DNA from: Pyrinomonadaceae bacterium
GTDB taxonomy: Bacteria; Acidobacteriota; Blastocatellia; Pyrinomonadales; Pyrinomonadaceae
Length of the DNA stretch: 64,000 nt
NCBI GenBank assembly: GCA_035941045.1
Contig: DASZEK010000198.1
Coordinates: 660-64,659, forward strand
Direction of reading: 5' to 3'
Both the position numbers and the translations under genes were made by a program. How positions within the stretch are numbered: the stretch's first letter is position 1; each line of letters opens with the position of its first letter. Positions 53,249 through 62,287 of the stretch are shown piece after piece. The notes under the pieces were generated by a model. The model saw only the letters and a program-made list of their open reading frames with translations. It searched no databases and was not told where the DNA came from.

Positions 53249-53920
53249 ATGTTCAAACTCGAAGTATTGCCCGAGAAGCCCTGGTACTTCCAGGCCGCCG
53301 TCTTCGGCCTCATCGCCGCCGCCGTCTACTTCGGCTTCTACTACATGGTGACGAGCGGCACGCGCGCCGAGACCGCCGAGGTCGAGGAGAAGGTCGCCAA
53401 GCTCCAGCAGGACAACGCGCGCGCGCAGATAGCCTCGCAGCGCCTCAACGAGTTCAAGGCCAACTACGCGCAGGCCAAGGCCGACTACGAAGACCTGAAG
53501 GCGCTCCTCCCCGAGCAGCGCGAGCTGACGATGGTCCTCCAGAACGTGCAGGACCGCGCGCGGGGCCGCCTGACGCTGCACCGCTTCACGCCCAAGGACG
53601 AGGTCCAGCAGGACTTCTACACGGGCAAGCCCATCGAGCTCGAAGTCTCCGGCACCTATAACAACGTCGGCCAGTTCTTCCAGCAGTTGGCTTCCTACCA
53701 GCGCATCGTCTCGGTCACGGACTTCCGCATCACGCGCCTCCGCGAAGGGCGCGCGCAGGACAAGGCCGACGGCAAGACCATCGACGCGCAGTTCCTTTTG
53801 ACCGCCTACTACGCTTCGCCCGAGAAGATACAGGCCGCCGCCCCGGCACCCGCGCCGGCCGCCGCGCCGCCTGCCGCCGCAGCCAACGGCGCCCCCGCCC
53901 CGGCCCCTGCCGCCAAGTAG
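53249..53920 (+). CDS. pilO: Type IV pilus assembly protein PilO
   Basis: 223 aa. N-terminal TM helix WYFQAAVFGLIAAAVYFGFYYMV, a coiled coil, and a PilO-like domain (IELEVSGTYNNVGQFFQQLASYQRIVSVTDFRI). Confidence 0.75.
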   Translation: MFKLEVLPEKPWYFQAAVFGLIAAAVYFGFYYMVTSGTRAETAEVEEKVAKLQQDNARAQIASQRLNEFKANYAQAKADYEDLKALLPEQRELTMVLQNVQDRARGRLTLHRFTPKDEVQQDFYTGKPIELEVSGTYNNVGQFFQQLASYQRIVSVTDFRITRLREGRAQDKADGKTIDAQFLLTAYYASPEKIQAAAPAPAPAAAPPAAAANGAPAPAPAAK

Positions 53921-53980
53921 GGGGTAGAGAGGGCGTGCGCCCCCGACCAGAGCGTCTTTAACCGGAACAGGAAGAGAACG

Positions 53981-54712
53981 ATGAAAGACAGCACACCCAA
54001 CTTCCGACGCGCGGCGCAGGGCCTCGCGGCCTGCGTGCTCCTAGTTGGCGCCGCCGCGTCCGCCTTCGGGCAGACCGCCAACGCCACCTACCGCGGCGCG
54101 CCGCGCGACCCGTTCACGAAGTACAAGCCGAACCTCAAGACCCGGCTCATCAAGCCCGTCGCGAAGCCGGTCGAGGTGCCGCCCATCAAGGCGCGCATCG
54201 ACAACTACAAGGCGCAGAAGCAGGCGGCGATGAGCCTCCAGCAGCCGGCGCCGAAGCCGACGACGGCCCTGCTCCTCAGCGAGCTTCAGGTCATCGGCAT
54301 CTTCCGCACCCCGCGCGGCTACGCCGCGATGGTCGAGGCCACGCCCATCCACCTCTCCTACGTCGTCTACCCCGGCGAGCCCTTCTACGACGGGATGCTC
54401 GTCGCCATCGAAGAGACGCGCCTCGTCTTCCGCAGGCAGACGCGCTGGACGGACGGCCGGACGGAAGTCGCCGTCGAGACCAAGCAGCTCAGGCAGGCCA
54501 GCGTCTCCGACTCGATGGCCGCCACCCGCGAGCCCGAGGCCGCGCCCGCCAAGGGCTCATCGGAGGTCAACGCGTTCCTCGAAGTTCTGAAGGCCCTGGC
54601 CGCCGCCAACGCGCAGCAGCAGCAACAGCCGCAGCAGCCGGGCGGACAGGCCGCCCCGCAGCACGGCACCGGCGCGGGCGCCGGCGCCGGCAGCAACGCC
54701 AGCCGTCCCTGA
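53981..54712 (+). CDS. PilP-like pilus assembly protein
   Basis: 243 aa. Signal peptide. Central beta-sandwich-like segment LSELQVIGIFRTPRGYAAMVEA...YVVYPGEPFYDGMLVAIEETRLVF resembles the PilP core. Its position between pilO and pilQ fits. Gln/Ala-rich tail. Confidence 0.55.
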   Translation: MKDSTPNFRRAAQGLAACVLLVGAAASAFGQTANATYRGAPRDPFTKYKPNLKTRLIKPVAKPVEVPPIKARIDNYKAQKQAAMSLQQPAPKPTTALLLSELQVIGIFRTPRGYAAMVEATPIHLSYVVYPGEPFYDGMLVAIEETRLVFRRQTRWTDGRTEVAVETKQLRQASVSDSMAATREPEAAPAKGSSEVNAFLEVLKALAAANAQQQQQPQQPGGQAAPQHGTGAGAGAGSNASRP

Positions 54713-54958
54713 AACCCCCACCCCAGCCCGACCCCGCCCGTAGTAGCTCGCCTCCGCCGGCCACCCGGCCGGGCGCGCGAGAGAGAGGACGCCGCGCCGA
54801 CTTGAGAAGGCGGCGTCGTTGACAGCCGAGACCGTCGGGTCGTGTCCGCGTTGTGCGGCGCGCGCTTGAAGGGCGGTGCCTCCTCAAAGGGGGGCGCCCG
54901 AACGAGCGTTAGCGTGTGGCGGCCACCCCCGTCGTGCCTTGCTCAGAAGGAAGAGAAC

Positions 54959-57061
54959 ATGTCCCACATTAAAAACATCACCCGGCACATGAGGGGGGGC
55001 GCGCTCGTCCTCTCGCTCCTGTGCCTGCTCGGCGCCTCGTCGCCGGCAGCCCGCGGCGCGACGCCCGCCGGCCTGCCCGTCGCCAAGAGCGTGCGCGCGG
55101 CCACCAGCGGCGCTTCCACTCTCATCACCATCTCGGGGACGGCGCCGATGCCCTACAGCGTCCGCCGGCCCGAAGCCCGCCTGCTCGTCGTCGAGCTGCC
55201 GGGCGTTGACGCCACGCAACTCGCGCCCGCCTACGACATCGCCTCGCCGCTCGTCGCGGGCGTCGAGGTCCGCCGGACGCTGCGCGGCACGGAGCCCGTC
55301 GCCAGCCTCCAAATCGCCCTCCGCGCGCCCGTCCGCGAGCGTTCGCACCTCGCCGGCAACGAGCTGGTCCTGGAGCTCCAGCCCGAGACGGCCGCCTCGA
55401 CGCCGGCCGCCGCGCAGTCGCGCCCCACGCCGACCCCCACCCCGGACGCGCAAGGCCCTTCGCAGCCCCCCACGCAGGGGCAGCAGTACGGCCAGCCCGG
55501 CTTCATCGGCGAGCCCATCAACCTCAACGTCGTCAACGCCGACATCCGCGACATCCTCAACTACATCACCGAGCAGTACGGCGTGAACTTCGTCGTCGAT
55601 TCCTCGGTGCGCCAGGTGCCCGTCACCATCAACGTCACCGAGGTGCCCTGGAACTTCGCGCTCGACTCGCTGCTGAAGGCCAACCGCCTCGGCATCGAGG
55701 TCAACGGCAACATCCTCCGCATCGCCACGCTCGAAGTCCTGAAGGACGAGGCGAAGATTCGCGCCGAGGAGGCCGCCGCGCAGTCGCGGCTCCGCGAGGC
55801 GCAGCTTGAGAACACGCCCCTCGTCACCGAGTTCATCCGCCTCAACTACGCGCGCGCCTCCGGCTCGCTGGCCTCGGCCGCGGGCGGGTCCGACGCGTTC
55901 ACGGGCGGCGGCTCCGCGGGCGGCGGCTCGGGCGGCGGCTCCGGGATAATGCCCATCATCGCCCGCCGGCTCTCGCGCCGCGGCGGCATCGAGGTGGACG
56001 ACCGCAGCAACACGCTCATCGTCACGGACGTGCGCGAGAACATCGACGCCATCCGCCGCCTCGTCCAGCTCCTCGACCAGCCCGAGCCGCAGGTCGAAAT
56101 CGAGACGCGCATCGTCGTCGCCAGCCGCAACTTCAGCCGCGACCTCGGCGTCCAGCTCTCGGCCTCCGTCCTGAACCCGAGCCGCGGCACCTTCGGCTCC
56201 TTCGGGACGCAGAACGGCATCAACCTCACGAACGGCACCAACTCGCTGACCATCCCGGCGCCGTCCGGCTCGCTCGGCGCGGCCGGCCCGAACACGGTCA
56301 TCGGCCTGACGACCGGCATCTTCGGCACGGCGCAGATTTCGGCCCTCATCACGGCGGCCGAGGCCAAGGGCCAGGCCAAGGTCATCGCCACGCCGCGCGT
56401 CACGGCGCTCAACAACCGCTCCGCGCAGATCGAGTCGGGCTCGCAGATTCCCGTCGTCACGCCTCAGATCGGCGCGGGCGGCGGCTCCAGCCTCTTCACG
56501 ACGACCTTCGTCTCAGTGCCCCTGCGCCTCTCCGTCACGCCGCAGATTACGGACGCGGGCACGGTCATCATGCGCGTCACGATGGAGAACAACACCGTCA
56601 ACACCACGGTCAACTCGCTCGGCACGCCCGGCATCGACACCCAGCGCATGCAGACCGAGGTGCTCGTGCCCGACGGCGGCACGACGGTCGTCGGCGGCGT
56701 CATGACCGACCGCGAGACCGACGTTAATAACCGCACGCCCGGCCTCGCCAGCATCCCCGTCGTCGGCAACCTCTTCAAGCGTAAGCTCATCACGCGCAAC
56801 ACCGACGAGATACTCTTCTTCATCACGCCGCGCATCTACCGCCCCGACTACCAGGGCCGCCGCATCGAGACCGACCCGGCCACCGGGACGCGCTCCGTCA
56901 CCATCCCGCAGCCGGTCCCGCTCGGCAACCCCGGCACCAACACGCCCACCCCGAGCATGCCGCAGCAACAGCCGCAGGTGCCCGCCAACAACGCCGCGCC
57001 CGCGACGACCGTCCCCGCCGGCACCGACGCGACGCCGGCCGCGCCCACCTCGCGCCCGTAA
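54959..57061 (+). CDS. pilQ: Type IV pilus secretin PilQ (AMIN domain + secretin-N repeats + secretin core)
   Basis: ATG 54959 preceded by GAAGGAAGAG. Signal peptide. AMIN-like segment STLITISGTAPMPYSVRRPEARLLVVELPGV. STN/N0-like PINLNVVNADIRDILNYITEQYGVNFVVD. Secretin core GIPVVGNLFKRKLITRNTDEILFFITPRI. Confidence 0.85.
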   Translation: MSHIKNITRHMRGGALVLSLLCLLGASSPAARGATPAGLPVAKSVRAATSGASTLITISGTAPMPYSVRRPEARLLVVELPGVDATQLAPAYDIASPLVAGVEVRRTLRGTEPVASLQIALRAPVRERSHLAGNELVLELQPETAASTPAAAQSRPTPTPTPDAQGPSQPPTQGQQYGQPGFIGEPINLNVVNADIRDILNYITEQYGVNFVVDSSVRQVPVTINVTEVPWNFALDSLLKANRLGIEVNGNILRIATLEVLKDEAKIRAEEAAAQSRLREAQLENTPLVTEFIRLNYARASGSLASAAGGSDAFTGGGSAGGGSGGGSGIMPIIARRLSRRGGIEVDDRSNTLIVTDVRENIDAIRRLVQLLDQPEPQVEIETRIVVASRNFSRDLGVQLSASVLNPSRGTFGSFGTQNGINLTNGTNSLTIPAPSGSLGAAGPNTVIGLTTGIFGTAQISALITAAEAKGQAKVIATPRVTALNNRSAQIESGSQIPVVTPQIGAGGGSSLFTTTFVSVPLRLSVTPQITDAGTVIMRVTMENNTVNTTVNSLGTPGIDTQRMQTEVLVPDGGTTVVGGVMTDRETDVNNRTPGLASIPVVGNLFKRKLITRNTDEILFFITPRIYRPDYQGRRIETDPATGTRSVTIPQPVPLGNPGTNTPTPSMPQQQPQVPANNAAPATTVPAGTDATPAAPTSRP

Positions 57062-57075
57062 AGGAGAGAGTAGGA

Positions 57076-57441
57076 ATGTTCAAGCAAGCACTCGCCGAGA
57101 TAGTCGAGCGCACCGAGGGGGCCACGGGCGCGCTCATCATGGGCATGGACGGCATCGCCGTCGAGCGGTTCTTCCTGCCCGAGGGCAGCGACGCGAACAT
57201 GGATGTGGCCGCCGCCGAAGTGACCTCGCTCGTCCGCAGCGCCCTGCGCGCCGGGGGCAACACCGGCCTCGGCCCGCTGCAAGAGATGTTCGTCAGCTTC
57301 GAGCACGTCCGCATCCTCGCGCGGATGTTCTCGCCCGAATACTTCGTCGTCCTGACGCTGAAGTCGGACTCCAACCTCGGCCGCGGCCGCTTCGAGCTGC
57401 GCAAGGCCGAGCTCAAGCTCGCGCGCGAATTCGCCGTCTGA
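57076..57441 (+). CDS. Roadblock/LC7 domain protein (MglB-like fold)
   Basis: 121 aa. AAGGAG-containing RBS 14 nt after the pilQ stop. ALAEIVERTEGATGALIMGMDGIAVERF ... MFVSFEHVRILARMFSPEYFVVLTL matches the Roadblock/LC7 pattern. Confidence 0.8.
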   Translation: MFKQALAEIVERTEGATGALIMGMDGIAVERFFLPEGSDANMDVAAAEVTSLVRSALRAGGNTGLGPLQEMFVSFEHVRILARMFSPEYFVVLTLKSDSNLGRGRFELRKAELKLAREFAV

Positions 57442-57477
57442 CCGCCCAATCACTCTTCCATGATCCGGGCACTTGCC

Positions 57478-57512
57478 GGGGCCGCAGCACCAGCGCGGCC
57501 CCGATTTTTTTT
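57478..57512 (+). terminator. Rho-independent terminator ending the pil-roadblock operon
   Basis: Stem ggggccgc / gcggcccc with a 9-nt loop, followed by gaTTTTTTTT. It lies between convergent genes. Confidence 0.8.
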
Positions 57513-58287
57513 AGCAGGCGGGGAGTTTGACGAAAGGCATGCCTCTCATGATGACGCGCTGGCGGCGCTGTACGCGGCGGAGGTTCTTTTGCGGGTTGAA
57601 GACGTTTAGGGGGCCGGGGACCATCGCGGAGAGGAAGGCGGCCTCGCGCGGGGTGAGGTCGGCGGCCGACTTGTTGAAGTAGGTCCGGGCCGCGGCCTCG
57701 GCGCCGTAGACGCCGTCGCCCCACTCGATGACGTTGAGGTAGATTTCCAGTATCCGGCACTTGGGGAGCGTGCGTTCGAGGAAGTAGGTGTAGACGGCCT
57801 CGCGGGCCTTGCGGGCGAAGGAGCGTTCGGAGGAGAGCCAGAGGTTCTTGGCGAGCTGTTGGGAGATGGTCGAGCCGCCGCGCTTGAACTTGCTGAGGTC
57901 GGGTATCCAGTCGGAGGGGTCGTTGTCGCCCTCCTCCTTGGCCTCCTTCTCGGCGACCTTCTGCCCCTCCTCCCAGGCGCGCTGGATGGCCTGATAGTCG
58001 AAGCCGTTGTGCGAGGCGAAGTTGGTGTCCTCGCCCGCGAGGATGGCGCGCTGGAGGTGCGGCGAAATCCTTGAGAGCGGCACCCACTGTTGGACGCGGC
58101 GCGGCTCGCGCCCCTCGTCGCGCGCCTCCTTCAAGCGCGTCTCGATCATGCTCGTCGTCTCGGGGTCCTTCGTCTTCAACTGCGTGAAGCGCGGGAAGGT
58201 CACGACCTCGTAGACTATCCAGAGCGTGAAGAGGGCGAGGACGCCGAGCGCCGCGTACTTGATTGCTTTCCAGATGACTCTCCACAT
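57511..58287 (-). CDS. mtgA: Monofunctional biosynthetic peptidoglycan glycosyltransferase (GT51)
   Basis: N-terminal TM helix. GT51 motifs AILAGEDTNFASHNGFD, RGGSTISQQLAKNLWL and RKAREAVYTYFLE. ATG 58287 was chosen; TTG 58323 is an alternative start. Confidence 0.85.
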   Translation of the reverse strand: MWRVIWKAIKYAALGVLALFTLWIVYEVVTFPRFTQLKTKDPETTSMIETRLKEARDEGREPRRVQQWVPLSRISPHLQRAILAGEDTNFASHNGFDYQAIQRAWEEGQKVAEKEAKEEGDNDPSDWIPDLSKFKRGGSTISQQLAKNLWLSSERSFARKAREAVYTYFLERTLPKCRILEIYLNVIEWGDGVYGAEAAARTYFNKSAADLTPREAAFLSAMVPGPLNVFNPQKNLRRVQRRQRVIMRGMPFVKLPAC

Positions 58288-58326
58288 GCGGGACAAGTTA
58301 TAAGCCGCGCGCCCAAAGTTCAAGCC

Positions 58327-59229
58327 TCAGGCGGGCTCGAAGACGGCCTTCGCGGCGCGGACCGTGTTGCAGTGAATCTCGACGGTGTCGGCGATGTCTT
58401 TGGCGTAGCCGCCCGACATGACGGTGGCGACGGGCACGCCGCGCTCGCGGCACGCCTTTAAGACCGCCTCGTCGCGCGCGCGCAGGCCCGGAATCGAGAG
58501 GCCGAGGCGCCCGAGCTTGTCGCCCGCGTAAGGGTCGGCGCCGCCGAGGTAGAAGACGAGGTCGGGCCGGTGGTCGAAGACGGCGGGGAGGTGGCGGGCG
58601 AGCGTCTCAAGGTATTCGTCGTCGCCGGTCGCGTCGCGCAACTCCACGTCGAGCGAGGAGCGCGCCTTGAAGAGCGGGTAGTTCTTGGCGCCGTGCATGG
58701 AGAAGGTGAAGACGGCGGGGTCGCCTTCAAAAATCGTGGCCGTGCCGTTGCCCTGATGAACGTCGAGGTCGACGACGGCGGCGCGCTCGACGGCGCGGTC
58801 GCGCAGGAGGACGCGGGCGGCGACGGCCACGTCGTTGAGGACGCAGAAGCCCTCGCCGCGGTCGGCGAAGGCGTGGTGAGTGCCGCCCGCGAGGTTCGAG
58901 GCGACGCCGCTTGAGAGCGCCGCCCGCGCCGCGTTAATCGTCCCCGACGTGGCGAGGAAGGAGCGGCGCACGAGCGCCTTCGACCACGGCAGGCCGAGCC
59001 GCCGCAGCTCCCTCGTCGTCAAAGCCCCGGCGCGGAGCCGCGTCACGTAATCCTCCGTGTGGACGAGCAGCACGTCGTCAATCGCCGCCGGCTGCGGCTC
59101 GACGACCTCGCGCGGCGAGAGCGTCCCCTCGCGCAAGAGGCGGTCGCGCACCAGCTCGAACTTTTTTATCGGAAAGACGTGCCCCTCGCCGATGTCAGCG
59201 TAGTAACGCGGGCTGTAGAAGACAAGCAT
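58327..59229 (-). CDS. Histone deacetylase (HDAC) superfamily amidohydrolase
   Basis: 300 aa. Catalytic/Zn motifs LAGGTHHAF, VVDLDVHQGNGT and YLGGADPYAGDKLG, typical of bacterial HDAC/AcuC-like enzymes. Confidence 0.85.
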   Translation of the reverse strand: MLVFYSPRYYADIGEGHVFPIKKFELVRDRLLREGTLSPREVVEPQPAAIDDVLLVHTEDYVTRLRAGALTTRELRRLGLPWSKALVRRSFLATSGTINAARAALSSGVASNLAGGTHHAFADRGEGFCVLNDVAVAARVLLRDRAVERAAVVDLDVHQGNGTATIFEGDPAVFTFSMHGAKNYPLFKARSSLDVELRDATGDDEYLETLARHLPAVFDHRPDLVFYLGGADPYAGDKLGRLGLSIPGLRARDEAVLKACRERGVPVATVMSGGYAKDIADTVEIHCNTVRAAKAVFEPA

Positions 59230-59282
59230 AAAGGCACTAGACGGCAGTCGCCTGACTACTGTCTACCGCCTTCGGCCTTCAG

Positions 59283-61334
59283 TCAAGCCTTCTCGACGGC
59301 CTGCCGCCGGGCCTTCATGCCCTCCAGGACGAGGGTGAACTTGTCGTTGAAGTGTTTCTCGGAAAGATACTCCGGCGCGGGCACCTCGGGGGGGCCCTGG
59401 AGGATGACGGGCAAAATCTCGGGCAGGCCGTCGCCCTCCTTCTTCATGTGGTCGAGCGCGTGCAGCACCTCCTTCCTCACGTACTCCGACTCGTACGCCG
59501 CCTTCGACCAGAAGAGGAGGAGGATGTGGCTCTCGTCTATGTGCTTGTAGATGCCCTTCTCCCAACGCTCGCCCGGCTTGAGCGAGAGCACGTCCTCGAA
59601 ACAGTTGAACTTGAAGAGGTCCAAGAGCCGGACGCACTTGGTGACCTCTTCGCAGTCCTCGGAGGCGTAGGAGACGAAGACGTTCCTGTAGCGGAAGAAG
59701 GGGTGCGCCTCCAACTCGCCCGCCACGGCCGAGATGACGAGGTCGAAGGTGATGCGGCCGAGCAGCATCCCGTCGCAGAGGACGCGGAGCGTGCCGAAAA
59801 TGTTCGTCCCCTCCTTGCACGTCTCGGGCACGTCAACGATGAACTCGACCTCCTTGACCTTGCCCTTCCACTTGAAGGTCTCCTCCGCGGGCGCGCGCAC
59901 CGACAGGCCGGGCATCTCCAGTTGGAAGGTCAGCCGCTGGCCCTGCATGACCTTCTCTTCCAACTCCTCCGAGCCGCGCAGGACGGCCGCCTTGCCCCGC
60001 TGCTTCACTTTGTCGGCCAGCAGGTCGGTCTGGCCTTCGAGGTGCGCATAGGCCAGCACCATGAAGGAGGAGCCGGGCATGGCGTGCGGCGGGGCGTAGA
60101 CGGTGCACTGTACGTCGTCGCCCTCTTCGGCCGGGGCCGCGGCGGCGTGCGGGGGGGCTTGCGGCACGGGCGCGGGCAGCGGCACGGGCGGCGGGGCGGG
60201 CGTCTCGCCGCCCGGCGCCGGCTCGCCGCGGGCGCCCTTGACGTGCTCGTAAGCGGCGAACGTCGCGGCGCTGAGTAAGGCGAGCAGGAGGCCGATGAGG
60301 ACGTATTTCAAGGTCAGACTGAGCAGGGACACGCCCGCGACTTGCACGGTGCTCGGGGTCGTGGCGACGACGGGCGGCGGGGGAGTCGTCACGGGCTCGG
60401 GCGTGGGCGTGGGCGACGGTTCGGGAGAGGGGGTGGGCGTCGCGGCGGCGATGAGGACCGTGTCGTCCTTGGGGGTCGGCGTCGGCGTCGGGGTGGGAGT
60501 GGGCGTCGGCGTCGGGGTAGGCGTCGGGGCCGCAAGGATTTTCGTCACGCAGGACAGGGTGCAGCGGGGGCCGTAGCCGCGCGCCTCGAAGGTCGCGTGG
60601 ATGGTCCGGCCGGCGAGGCCGCTCGTGTCAACCTCGGCCGAAGTCGTGTCGGCGCCGGTGATGAAGCGGCCCGCCGAGACGTTCCACGTGAAGGTGGGCG
60701 AGGCGCCGGGCGTGCCGCCTTCGACCGTGGCGCCGAGCGGGGCGGGCTGGCCTTCCGTCACCTCGTCGCGGCAGCAGAGGGAGATGGCGGGGCAGTAGAC
60801 GCGGCGCGGCTCGGCGGGGCAGGCGCGCACGGCGACCTCGGCCGTCCGCGCGGCGAGCGCGGCGCCCTCGGGGCTCCTCAGCGTCACGGTGGCCCTGTAG
60901 GCTCCGGGCGCGGCCCCCGACAAATCCCAAACGACTTCGCCGCCCCCGCCGCCGATGCTCCCGCCGCTCGCCGCCCACGCGTAACGGAAGGGCTCGCCGC
61001 CCGGCGCGAAGCCCGTCGCCAGCAGTCGCACCCGCGCCGAGCTGTTAGGGCCGGAGCAGTTCGTGACGGCGGTCGCGCTGGCCGCGAGCCCGACCATCGG
61101 GCTTTCGGCGCGCGCCAGCTTCCGGCCCGCGAAGGGCGAGCCTAGCTGCTCGAAGAACTGGCTCGGCCGTTCGGGCGTCGGGCCGGGCGCGGCGCGGCGC
61201 GGCCTCACCGGGGGTGACTGCCTCGCGGCGTCCGGGGGCGCGGATTGTGCGCGGGGAGTCGCGTGCGCGGCGCAGACGAGGAGGCACGCGGCGGCCAGCA
61301 GGCGCGAGAAGGTTTCGACGGTAACGTGTTTCAT
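59283..61334 (-). CDS. Single-pass membrane protein: extracytoplasmic Ig/PKD-like repeats - PT-rich linker - TM helix - cytoplasmic beta-sandwich-like domain - C-terminal TIR domain
   Basis: 683 aa. GAGG lies 7 nt upstream of the ATG. Signal peptide MKHVTVETFSRLLAAACLLVCAAHA. Two Cys-framed Ig-like modules. (PT)n linker. TM helix LTLKYVLIGLLLALLSAATFAAY. TIR signature NVFVSYASEDCEEV ... ILLLFWSKAAYESEYVRKEV (the SxYVxxE glutamate position corresponds to the catalytic Glu of NADase-type TIRs). Confidence 0.8.
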   Translation of the reverse strand: MKHVTVETFSRLLAAACLLVCAAHATPRAQSAPPDAARQSPPVRPRRAAPGPTPERPSQFFEQLGSPFAGRKLARAESPMVGLAASATAVTNCSGPNSSARVRLLATGFAPGGEPFRYAWAASGGSIGGGGGEVVWDLSGAAPGAYRATVTLRSPEGAALAARTAEVAVRACPAEPRRVYCPAISLCCRDEVTEGQPAPLGATVEGGTPGASPTFTWNVSAGRFITGADTTSAEVDTSGLAGRTIHATFEARGYGPRCTLSCVTKILAAPTPTPTPTPTPTPTPTPTPKDDTVLIAAATPTPSPEPSPTPTPEPVTTPPPPVVATTPSTVQVAGVSLLSLTLKYVLIGLLLALLSAATFAAYEHVKGARGEPAPGGETPAPPPVPLPAPVPQAPPHAAAAPAEEGDDVQCTVYAPPHAMPGSSFMVLAYAHLEGQTDLLADKVKQRGKAAVLRGSEELEEKVMQGQRLTFQLEMPGLSVRAPAEETFKWKGKVKEVEFIVDVPETCKEGTNIFGTLRVLCDGMLLGRITFDLVISAVAGELEAHPFFRYRNVFVSYASEDCEEVTKCVRLLDLFKFNCFEDVLSLKPGERWEKGIYKHIDESHILLLFWSKAAYESEYVRKEVLHALDHMKKEGDGLPEILPVILQGPPEVPAPEYLSEKHFNDKFTLVLEGMKARRQAVEKA

Positions 61335-61456
61335 GAGGACACCTCGCGAGGAATTGATTAGTGCGACGTTCCCTCGGGCAGGACGATGAGGCGTCTGTGC
61401 GGACGGGCGGATTCTAGTTCAAGTGCGGGCGGCGGTAAAGAAGTTTCTGGCGGCGT

Positions 61457-62287
61457 CTAGAACTGTATCAGGCTGCCTTCGCGCTTGGCGCGGCGCACCG
61501 AGCGGGCGAAGACCCAGAGGGAGAAGGGGAGGAGGATGGCGAGGAAGGCGAGCAGCGTTAAGAGCGGCCTCTGCACGTCGGCGAAGCCCTGACCTTGAAT
61601 GAGCACGCGGCGGATGCCGTCGATGCCGTAGGTCGTCGGGAAAAAGGCGGAGACGGTAGTGAAGGCGGAGCCGCCGGCCTTGGCGAGAAGCTGGACGGGG
61701 AAGAAGACGCCGGAGAAGAGCGCCGAGCCGGTGCCGATGATGACGCCGAAGGGGTCGCCGCGCTTGAAGACCATCGCGAAGCTCGCCGACAGTATCCCGA
61801 CCGAGGCGAGCACGAGCGTCGTCAGCAGCAGGAAGAGGAGCGCGAGCAGGAAACTCCCGCGGTAGGTGACGCCGAAGAGCGCCCAGCCGAAGAAGAGGTA
61901 GAGGAACGAGTGGAAGGTGGCCTGCACGAAGTCCCACGCCGAGCTTGAGACGATGAGGGTGGGCACGCTGATGGGCGTCATCAGCACGCCCTCCAGGGTC
62001 CCCTGCGCCTGCTCGGAGCGGATGGCGGTGGCGAGGCTGGAGAAGCCGACCATGAAGTAGTTGAGGAAGGGCAGCGCGGTAATCCACGCGAGGAAGGGGT
62101 CGCGCCACTCGGCGTAGGGCGTGTCGAAGCCGTTGGCGAAAATCTGCGAGATGAAGTAGAGCGTCATCGTCACGAAGAGGATGCTCATGATGCGCATGAA
62201 GAACTCCAGCCGGTAGCTGACGGCGAGCTGGAAGTCGCGCACGACGAAGGCGCGGACGCGCCCGATGAGCAACAGCACCCTTCCCAT
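61457..62287 (-). CDS. ABC-2 type transporter permease
   Basis: About 276 aa with 6 predicted TM helices. The ATG overlaps the stop of the upstream ATPase gene (TGATG). Confidence 0.75.
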   Translation of the reverse strand: MGRVLLLIGRVRAFVVRDFQLAVSYRLEFFMRIMSILFVTMTLYFISQIFANGFDTPYAEWRDPFLAWITALPFLNYFMVGFSSLATAIRSEQAQGTLEGVLMTPISVPTLIVSSSAWDFVQATFHSFLYLFFGWALFGVTYRGSFLLALLFLLLTTLVLASVGILSASFAMVFKRGDPFGVIIGTGSALFSGVFFPVQLLAKAGGSAFTTVSAFFPTTYGIDGIRRVLIQGQGFADVQRPLLTLLAFLAILLPFSLWVFARSVRRAKREGSLIQF

